Assembly: GCA_964016885.1 (NCBI GenBank)
Contig: OZ024746.1
Span: 68,200,001-68,264,000, forward strand
Direction: 5' to 3'
DNA: 64,000 nucleotides
From: Eledone cirrhosa
Lineage: Eukaryota
The translations under genes and the position numbers were made by a program. The notes below the pieces were generated by a model. That model searched no databases and was not told the DNA's origin. It worked only from the letters and a program-made list of their open reading frames with translations. Position 1 is the stretch's first letter; each line of letters begins with the position of its first letter. Below are positions 54,022 through 64,000 of the stretch, in pieces.

Positions 54022-55086
54022 TATTTAGGTGGAGTTCCTTGAATGTTAAAATGAAATAGTCAGACACTGTTAGGAATATAAGCATGACTTAACATGTCTC
54101 CTTCACAGAAGAGTGGCTAGTTTGCAGTTTCTACTGATCAAGCTAATTATTTATTGAAATAAGCTATTGATTTTGTTTTCTGTATAAGGTAATAGATAAT
54201 TAATTAACTGTTGTAATTATTGTCTGTAATTATTTATTGTAGGTGCATGCATGTGTGTTTATGTTTGTGTGTGGTTATGTGTGCATGTTTGTCTATGTTT
54301 GAGTGAGTGTTTGTGTGTAAGTGTGTGTGTTTGTGTGTAAGTGTATGTGTTTGTGTGATGGTGTTCTACATAGTTTCTGTTTACTGAAATTCACTCACAA
54401 GGTCAACACATGACACTTGCCCATGGTACGGTACCACACAGCAGAACTTGAAACCATGTAGTGGTGGCAGCAGAGTGACCTTCTCATAGTGACAAGTGTA
54501 GCTAAACAAATACCTTTCAGTGTCATTTAAAAGTTCTCCAGATAAAATACAACAAAGAATCATCAACATTATTGGTCTAGACTTATGCCAGCTTCAATCA
54601 CTATCATACTGTCAAAATGTTACCTCTCTGACATCTTTTTATAAATATTTTCACAGGAATTTGTCTGGTGAGTTTTTTGGGGTTTTTTTCCCCCATATTC
54701 ATGAGTTTAAACAGCACCTGATTGGCAGCTAAGTCTCATCTATTTACAGTTGAAATTCCTAAGTGTAATCACAAATTCTATTCTAATAGTTTTTACCCTC
54801 ACATGTCCCTTATGGAATTTTTGCTTTCTTGACCACTACAACTTGCAAAAATTCAAATACAACATCAATTGTCATCTCGCTCCTTAAATTATGTTTTCTT
54901 TGTTTTATTCTTCTCCATTCGCAATAATACCTTGTATTTTAGTGGCTTTATTGCCTTGCTTGGGATGAGTATAAAAGAAAAACAGAGGCACCTTCCATCA
55001 TCAGCACCTTGATGACTGTTTTACAAGTTTACATTGGCCAAACAATTAGTCACCTTCTGAGGCAAGAGAGAGTGACTAACACACTT

Positions 55087-55415
55087 GGACATGCCTACAA
55101 AGTCAGTAAATAGCACAGCTCCCATGACTTTCGGAAACATTTTTTCATGTTCAGAGTTGCTGAAGAATGGAACAAACTACCAGCATCAGTTGTTAGCTGC
55201 CGGGACACTGCATCCTTTAAAACCTCTGTGCTTCCTGAAATTCGCCAACACTACACCTGATATCCCCCCACCATACACATGCACACATGTATATCATGAC
55301 TCATACACCGTTCACTTTCTTGACATTTGTACATTATTCTGTGTACTTATACATGCACCTTTGATGAGTTGTGCACCTGAGCACTGTACACAATAATTTC
55401 ATTATTATTATTATC
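55087..55415 (+). mobile_element. CR1/L2-group LINE 3' fragment
   Basis: GHAYKV..FRKHFFMFRVAEEWNKLPASVV..SFK matches the FFxxRVxxxWNxLP motif; (ATT)n tail. Confidence 0.8.
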
Positions 55416-57184
55416 ATTAATGTGTCTTGCTCATATGTTCCATTCTGTCATGGTTTCTACAAATGGATGCCTTTCCTATTTCCAACCATCTCATAGTATT
55501 ACTGGGTGCATTTTATTCTGGTATCACCACCATTTGTCATGGCACCACTTTTAAATTCTTGGGTGTTCACATCATGCTCAGCTAGGCTGGAAAGTCAGTG
55601 ATGATAGGTGTAAGATGAGAACAAGAAGGGGTATACAAGCAATATGTAGCTTGATGAGAGAATGAGAGGATGAGAGTGTGAGATTGTGTTTTCTGTGACC
55701 ATGTTGAGAAGGCTGTATTGGGAGTGGAGGGAGGAAATCAGGTGACAAGTAACGTGTAGCTCATCGTGAGAGAGAGAAAAGTGGTCTTAAAGAGAGACAG
55801 AGTGAGATAGAGAGAGAAAAGTGGCCTTAAAGACAGAGAGTCAGAGAAAGAGAAAAAAGTGGCCTTAAAGAGAGTGAGTGATATATTTGCTTGCATGGTT
55901 GGATGATGGTGGAAGAAATCAGGGAAGTGAATGCAAGAGTAAATGTCGAGTCACAGGTGTAGTCAGGTCACAGGAGTGATTGAGCAACGCCTTTTCTCAC
56001 ATTTTCTGCTTTGTATTTCTTTATTCAATAAAAGTATACATAGCCATGTGACTAAAAGGTTGGCTTTGCAGCCATGTAGTTTCAGATTCAATTAAATGAT
56101 ACCTGCATAACATCTTTCTAAGTAAACCTAGCAAATATGTTAGCAATAGGTTAGTAACATTTTAATATCTTCACCATCATATGGCAGAGTTGTTTATATT
56201 TCTACACTTCTATTTTTAGGAGAGCTGACAGATTGAATAGCACAAATTCAGATAACATTATGGTATAAAAGACAAAGAAACATTAAAGTCTTAACCAGTG
56301 GGATGTGAACAATGTAAAAGTGGTGTCTCAGCTAGAACTACTTAACCATAACATTAATTCAGTCATTACTATGTTAGAGAATCATTCTGCCATCAAATAT
56401 CAACTAGATAAACTAACAAAATACAATTGAATAGAAATTCAGAATCAATGAAGGAAGAAATAACAAATGACAGACACTTTGTTCCTAGTGTGATTATTAA
56501 AGGAAAATATTTTCTGCAACACTGATAATGCAATGCTCTCAAAGTAACAGCACTTTTGAAAGAAGTCACTAAAAATAAGACAACTCAAGTGTAAACATAT
56601 TTTTCTCCATTACACATATTACTTCAAATTGTGTCTGCTTTTTATTTCTATAACAAGTCTTGTAGAATATTGACTAAGACTTTTATTAAATTATATCAGA
56701 AGTTCTGAGAGTGACATAAAAATATAATTCAACATATAAAAGTGAAAGACATAAAATGTATAACATTGTGAGTATATGTGTGTGTATGAGTGTCTGTGTA
56801 TGTTTGTGTATGTGTGTTTCATAAATATGTAATACTGGCAAATACTTCTTGTAAATTTATGAAAGTCTTCCAAGACAAATTAATTTCTCAGTATTCTCAC
56901 TTAAAATGCATATATTCTTAAAATGTGCAAACAAATATTTTTTCTTAAACTATATTTTTTTATTATTGCCATACAAGCAGAACTAAACTTTCAGAAGTAA
57001 CATAGCAGAAACCAAATTAAAACCATATAATTTATTCAGTTAATTTTTTTTATAATGAAATACTAAAATTAAACTTAAGCAAGTATATAAAATCTGAAGA
57101 GATCTATGGTTGTATAGCTAGGAGGTTTGCTTGCTTTGAAACTACATATTTTCAGCTTTAGTGTCACAATGTGGAGCACCTTAA

Positions 57185-57405
57185 CCCTTTAGCATTAAAA
57201 CTGGCTGTATCCAGCCAGAATTCTCAAACCTCATTCTGTTTAAACCGGCTGTAACTAGCTACTAATACTAATGTTAAGGTATTGATCTCAAAATAAATAA
57301 TATCAAAATCTCATAGATTTGATATTATATGAGATATTTATGTGAAATAAAGTGTTTACTGTGGAAATATAATGGTAAATATAGAGTAATGCAATTACTA
57401 AAGGG
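57185..57405. mobile_element. piggyBac-like MITE inserted in an old SINE
   Basis: TTAA-ccctttag ... ctaaaggg-TTAA; the flanks rejoin as a SINE-like 'gcacctt..aagagtcttcaactatagcctc'. Confidence 0.7.
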
Positions 57406-59437
57406 TTAAGTAAGAGTCTTCAACTATAGCCTCGAGTTGATCAATATATTGTGGGTGGAATTTATGAGACAAAATCTCTTCAGTTAAGACTCTTTCATTG
57501 TGTCAAGAGCACTACAATATCTTAAGTGTTGATGCTATGTTAAAACACACTCAGTAGACTCTGTAAAGTGGCTAGAATCCAGCCATAGAATCCTGGCCAA
57601 AGAAAGAATCAAGAGGACCCTTCACCATGGTATCCTGTATAGTTCTGGTGACACAGAAAATCCACCTAGTACAGACTGTAAAGTGGTTGGTGATAGAAAG
57701 GTCATTCAGCTATAGAAACTATGACAAAAGAGGAGCAAGGGGATTCTTCAGTTGTATCAAGGACACTACAACCTCTCCAGTGTTGGTGTCATGATTAAAT
57801 GCACCCAGTACACTCTGTTGGGTGCAGCAATGTATATAAGGGAGATGTCTCCTCTAGCCCATTTGTGAGGTCAGTTGCTCCAACTAAGTACTAACTTGAT
57901 CTGTAATGATCCATCCAAACTTTGCTAGCAGGGAAAATGGATATTAAATGAGGATTATGATGTATATAGGAGTGTGTGCGCGCACACGCGAGCGAGCACA
58001 TGCATGTATTTGTGTGAATATATATTTCACCAATGTATATCAATGAATGAGGCAAATGCTGGCTTGAGGAATTAGGATTAGGATTAGGAAGGGCATCCTG
58101 CCATAGAAACCAAACCAAACCAAAATGGAACATATGAGCAGGACATGGCCAGCCGTCTAGTCTAGCCTCAGAATGTGACAACCTGTCTAATCCATTCAAG
58201 CATGGAAAATAGATGATAATGAAATAAACAGTTATCTTCCCAACTTGTCATTATGATTACGATTTTAAGATCTATATTTTATCACACCATGATAGAGGAG
58301 TTACAGGTAATTGCTATACTGTATTACAATATAATATATAAATATATTTTATATTACTATTTTCTCCTTAAATATTTGAAATGTCTAAGATGAGTTGTTT
58401 ATTAAGATTATATTTTTACAGGCTATTAAACTCATCTTTAGAGATAGTGAATTGGCAGCTTCATTCATGCGTGAAATAGAATATTTTGCAATAATTGTTC
58501 TGGCTCTGTGCACTCTGATTTCAAACCAGACCAGGTTCAGCTTTGCTTTTCATTTTTGGTTGGATGGAGTGGAGGAGGTGGAGCAAGGACATAAATAAAA
58601 TATCGGTCCAACACAATGTATTGATAGAATTGTTAGAGCATACGATCAGATTCCTCACAAAATCTGTTCTGGATGTTTGCAGTCCTAGTTCAAATTTTTC
58701 CTCCTATTACTGGCATCCTTGTTGTGGGGAAACCAATCCTTTGGGGCAATGAACAATAACACTCCAGTGTCATTTGAAGTATTCAAGACAGTGTCAGTAA
58801 TATACTGGGCACATCAATGTAAAAGTAATTTTCTTTTTTAATAGACCATAAAATGCAACAGGATAACTGTGAGGACAGAAAAAACAGAGTATATTTAGAA
58901 ATGTGTTTCTATTTTACTTATGATTGCTCTCATTCTTAAGTCTTAGACTTAATCCAGTGCCAGGTTCAACACCTTCATTTAGCCTTTGGCTGTTTTAATG
59001 GAGTACATTCATTTTCAAGTATTCAAGCCAGGTCATAAATCTGGGGATAACTTCCACCTTTTTGCCCACCAGTCTCAGCAGCCTTGACAAAAGGGTAGAG
59101 CAGCTTACCTTCTTCCCTTGATTGAGTATAAAATAAAAAAAATAAAAACATATCTAAAAGCTGTGTTTTGCATACTTTACTTGATCCATCTTCCATTAAA
59201 AGACTACATAAGGATGATAGATTGACAGAATTGGTAGAGCATCATATAAAATGTCATTGCAGTATTTGTTCTGACTCTTTATATTCCAAGCCAAGGTTAA
59301 CTTTGCCTTTTATTCTTCTGGAGACAATAAAATAAAGTGCCAGTAATGTATTTTAATCAACTTTGCCCTTCTCCAAAATTTGCTGCTGGCTTTGTGCCTA
59401 AATTAGAAATTCAATAAATGCCCACACATGTTAAAAA

Positions 59438-59469
<32 letters not shown>

Positions 59470-60309
59470 CTCTTTCCACTAAGCTAAAAAAGTAGTTAAC
59501 CTTTTAGAATTCCTATTTAGTGGCTCTTTGAAAACTCAATTCTGTTTGCTATTGCAATGATTTCCAGCAGTCTATTGGATTCACTGACCTTTAGTTCATG
59601 GAAGGAGGTGAAATGTCTGTGATATTTGACACTTTGTAGTATTGCATGTAGTATTAGAAAACCCATTAGAAAAAAATTAAAATGTAGAGAAATATTTATT
59701 ACTGAAATCATGAAAAGTTTCAATCAGAAAATATTTTTGTACTCTGTAGATATTTTATAGTTTACATCTGTCACATTTGTTCACACACACACAAATGTAT
59801 ATAGATATACACATTTGAACATCATTTATTTGATAATATCATTCAAATTCAATTCATTTTAGCCTTTATTTGATCTCTGTTGTTTCTATTCTTGTCCTAT
59901 TATCTTTAAGGTCATGAAACAAGAATATTGATATATTGAAATGAATGTCATCTATTTCAAATCAGTATTGTTAACGACATTTTCACTCAATTTTTTTCTT
60001 CACACAATACTTTTTCTAAATACTTTTACTCAAGCAGTGTTCTGTCATGACACAAAGAGAAAATCATTATTTGATTTCACAGATCATAACAACAACAAGG
60101 GGAGGATGAATCGAGCATTCTACTTGAGATGGAATTACTATTGTAGAATTAATTTCTGACAAATGGACACAGCTCCTCATTCTATGAAACATGTGATCTG
60201 GTAAAATGTTTATCTTCATCTATAAATTTGTCCTAAAAACCAAATAGATGTATATGTTGGTCTGCAGATGTGAATTTAAAAATCTGCTGTTCTCTTGTAG
60301 TTGATTTGA

Positions 60310-60348
60310 CATTATGCATTATGCATTATGCATTATGCATTATGCATT
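60310..60348. repeat. (CATTATG)5 heptamer repeat
   Basis: Directly visible. Confidence 0.9.
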
Positions 60349-60611
60349 GGTTCAATTTCTGTTTTTATCATGTCTAAGGGCCATAGGCCTGACACATTGA
60401 TATGTTGACATGACAGTCATCTAAATGAAACAAACACCTGCATCATTGATTACTTTTTCATTTGCATTTGTTTATTCAGACAATGCTTCAGAAGATATTT
60501 TCTAAACAAAATGAAAATGATGAAAAAACTATTGTTGTGTAAAGTATATTAACAGAGAGCTCAATAAACACAAAATGAATTTAGGACATTAGCAAAAACA
60601 TAAAGAAATAT

Positions 60612-60795
60612 AATTGTTTCTACTTTTGGCACAAGGCCAGCAATTACCCAGTACATTACTGGTACTTTATTTTATCGACCCCGTAAGGATGAAAGGCAAA
60701 GTTAACCTCGGCGGGATTTGAACTCAGTTCGTAAAGGGACGTAACTGTGCTGCAAAGCATGGCGTCTGACACTCTACCAATGCTGCCAATCCACC
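60612..60795 (-). mobile_element. tRNA-derived SINE (family 1)
   Basis: TSD AGAAATATAAT. Confidence 0.9.
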
Positions 60796-60869
60796 AGAAA
60801 TATAATAATGACTAAAATTAAAGGGCGCTAGAAAATAATAGCATAACGTGGTGATATATATATATATAT

Positions 60870-61625
60870 CACCATCATCATTTAACCTTTACTTTCCCTG
60901 CTAGCAAGGGTATAACAGGTCTACTTAGACAAAGTCAGTACTGAAGTGGAGCTACTGACCTCACAGGCAGGCCAGTGGGGTATACATCTTGCTTAAGTAT
61001 GCTCTCACCTTCTACTGAGTGCACAGAAGAGGTTGTCATGTCTTTGATCTTTGACACAAATGAAGGGTCCTCACATTCCTTCGTTTGGCAAGCATTCTAT
61101 GAGTGCATGCCCTTTCTATCACCAACCACTTAACAGCATTTACTGGGTGTATTTATCATGTAGATCACCAACACTAGGGAGGCTTTTATTTATAGGTATG
61201 GTTTATACAGAGGAATGTTGTTCCTGTCACCAATCACCTCACAATGTGTAGTGGGTTGGTCATTGCCCTAACAGAAGAGCCCTCAATGCCCTGAGTGGAG
61301 ATTGAAAGGACCCTTCAGTCATGTCAAGAAGATGACAGCCTCTCTAGTGTTGGTGATCTACATGATAAATGCACCCAGTACACACTATAAAGTGGCTGGT
61401 GATAAGAAGGGTATTCTGCCATAGAAAGCTTGCCGTACAAAGGGTTGGGAGGACCCTCATTAAGTTGTGTCAAAGACATGACAGCCACCTCTGTGTACTC
61501 GTAAGTAAAATGAAGAGCCACCAGCTTGTCTGAGAGATCGGTAGCCCCACTTCAATACTGACTTTGTCTATGTAAACCTGTCCAAATCTTGAAACAGGGG
61601 AAGCAATGTTAAATGATGATGACGA
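60870..61625. mobile_element. Head-to-head pair of RTE-tailed non-autonomous retroposons (60870-61184 minus; 61338-61625 plus)
   Basis: Arms are diverged reverse complements, each ending outward in an (ATG)n tail. Confidence 0.75.
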
Positions 61626-61775
61626 TAGTCTTCATGATGGTATACCTTTATGTATATATAAGTAGATTTATTACAGCACCTTACTACAATGTTTCAGCAA
61701 GGCATATAATTACTAAGCTTCATCAGAGAGAAAACTTAGAGAATATATACGTTGCTGAAAAAATACAACCATATT

Positions 61776-61862
61776 GTGCCTTTCATCCTTACGGGGTCGA
61801 TAAAATAAAGTATCAGTAGTGTAATGGATAATTGCTGGCCTTGTGCCAAAAATAGAAACAAT
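61776..61862 (+). mobile_element. 3' half of a family-1 SINE
   Basis: tgcctttcatccttacggggtcgataaaataaag...tagaaacaat. Confidence 0.85.
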
Positions 61863-62712
61863 TATTAAATCTATTTCAACAACACTCTATTATAAATATG
61901 GAGTTGTTGTTCTTTTCTGGGCTACTGCAATCACTAAATCAGAATCTAATAAATAAATAGATATATAGTTACATTGCCTTAACTTGATTGAAGGAAAATC
62001 TACACAAAATTAATGTTATACAAGCAAATGCCATCCCTAGTATATATTCACACATATTTACATTTGTATGTATGCATGTATGTGTGTGTATGTGTGTGTA
62101 ATATTTTACAAAGTGAAAATATTGTATACTCAATCTTATTAGGTTATATGTCAAATTCACTATAGATCTAGCATTTCTAGATTTTTTTTCCTGTAGTCAT
62201 ATCACTGTATGTAATATATCATCTTTAAAAAGATATTTCATCTCTCACTACTTTATTTTACTATTCATAGATTCGTTCAGTTCATTGTTTTCTGATCTAT
62301 AGCACTTGAACTACTGAAGTACTGTACCTACATTACATTAGAAATATATATTTAACATTACTACATTTTTACTCATACCAAGTGAATATACATCTGCACA
62401 TTCAAACTATGTTAACATTGTTATTTAATCAATAAAAGTTGTTCATGTATATAACATCAAAACTAAAAGTAAATAGTTTTACCTGCATTTTACAGTAACA
62501 AGTTTATTAGTATTAAATTATTCCAAATAAATATTAGAGTTTCAAGACAGTAAGGGAATTCATGATAGAAAACGTTTATTGATAATTGTCATTTCCATGA
62601 AGAAACTGCCATTGGAAGGCAGACTAAAAGAAAAAATACATTATAGAAAGCAATACAAATTTAAACAATATTTCACTCATACTAAATTATAGAAACTTAA
62701 AGAAACAAATTT

Positions 62713-63240
62713 CATCATCATCATTATCATCAGCATCATTTTTATGTCTGCTTTTCTACACTTTTATGAGTTGGACAAGTCTTTATCACCACAGCAGCTC
62801 TCCACTCATTGCGTTCCTTCACCATCTCCTCTGTGAGTCTCAGCAAATTGAGATCAGCTCTCACCACGAGGTCTTCTTTGATCCACCTCTACAGTAGCTT
62901 CCCACCACTGGGATTTCCTGGCATGTCTTCAACCAGTGATCATTATCAGTGTGCACCACATGTCTGTGCCAATTTAGTCTTCTCTCTTGCACACCACTTT
63001 AGATTCCACTTAAACCTGTTCCTCCCTCAGTTCATCCAAGCCCTGCCTTTATCTCACATTTACATTGTAGATCCAATGAAGTATGATTACTTCATTTGTC
63101 TCCAGCCTATGCATGTCTTCTGCAGTAACTGCCCATTTTTCACTACCAAGCAGCAACACACTTTGCACACAGGTGTCATGCAATGGTCCTTTTGTACGTA
63201 GGGAGAAGCCCTTCCTATCACAAAAGAAGCGAGGAGCTGT
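62713..63240 (-). mobile_element. Old RTE (B-like) 3' fragment
   Basis: (CAT)n tail; homologous to 27881-28420. Confidence 0.75.
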
Positions 63241-63458
63241 CAGGAATGTGTGTGTGTGTGGGGGCGGGGGTCAAAATAGTGAAGTTACAAATAACTGTTA
63301 GGGAGTGCTAGTGGAAGGGGGAGGATAGGTCAGATCACATTGTATGCTGCAGGTTGGATCTTCTTCAGCACTACGTAGCGCCAGCCCACATAGTTTTTAG
63401 TCATAGTGCTTACAACCTCATCTCATGTCTTCCTAGGTTGTAAGGACTGACCTTAGAA

Positions 63459-63489
<31 letters not shown>

Positions 63490-63507
63490 CATATATGACA
63501 TATATGC

Positions 63508-63553
<46 letters not shown>

Positions 63554-64000
63554 GTGTGTGTGTGTGTTTATATGTATATACTCATGTATGTATATAACAC
63601 TTCTTATGAGAACAATATTTAACTAGTAGCTTTTGGTGTTTATTAGTAATACTTCTGTCTACTCTTTTCCAAATTGGTGAATATTGAGAGCACAACTTTT
63701 AAATAGAGAACTATTACCTCAGCTGACTTATTCCTGGATTTTTATATGCAATATTAGAATAGTTTCAAAATAAAGGTTTCTAGTTCAAATTTATTATGAT
63801 ACTATGTACACATCCAGGGAAACAATATTTTGCAATCAAAGCTCCAATAGATCAAACCTTGTGTACATCTAAATTCAAGATAAAAATCATCAAGTATGTG
63901 GTTGATAATCCCCAAAATGTTGTTCCTATTAATTACTCATTGCAAGCATTCAATCATTAAATCAATGAATACTCTATTAACTTCCTTTTAGAAAACATAT

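Noticed and set aside
55768-55878. Three ~42-bp units containing gagaaaagtggccttaaag
   Set aside because: Ordinary GA-rich minisatellite with no further structure.
59516-60160. Possible host exons (AG..GT-bounded stretches near 59520 and 60080)
   Set aside because: Short frames with no recognisable protein motif; not supportable without RNA or homology data.

Overview
AT-rich, microsatellite-dense eukaryotic DNA. The repeat families suggest a coleoid cephalopod such as Octopus, which is an inference. I cannot support any host-gene exon: the window is intronic or intergenic and dominated by retroelements. The core is a ~17.4 kb nest (21.8-39.3 kb) of seven insertions in what looks like one (TA)n array. 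It holds two near-identical young RTE-clade LINEs (family 'A'; single APE-endonuclease/RT ORF with a PHD finger inserted in the RT) in inverted orientation, fragments of two related RTE families ('B', 'C'), and two fold-back palindromes that each carry a minimal hammerhead-ribozyme motif on both strands (Penelope-like pLTR remnants). The most striking feature is that the minus-strand RTE-A copy continues at its 5' end, without a break, into ~5.5 near-identical 411-bp tandem monomers (34.55-36.77 kb). This suggests an RTE with a mouse-L1-style multimeric 5' leader. Elsewhere there are many tRNA-derived SINEs with TSDs, a chimeric SINE with segments from two different RTE families, a deleted mariner, several MITEs, a degenerate HDV-like ribozyme at the 5' end of an old retroposon, and LINE relics. 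Family labels A/B/C are my own, and all alignments were done by eye.
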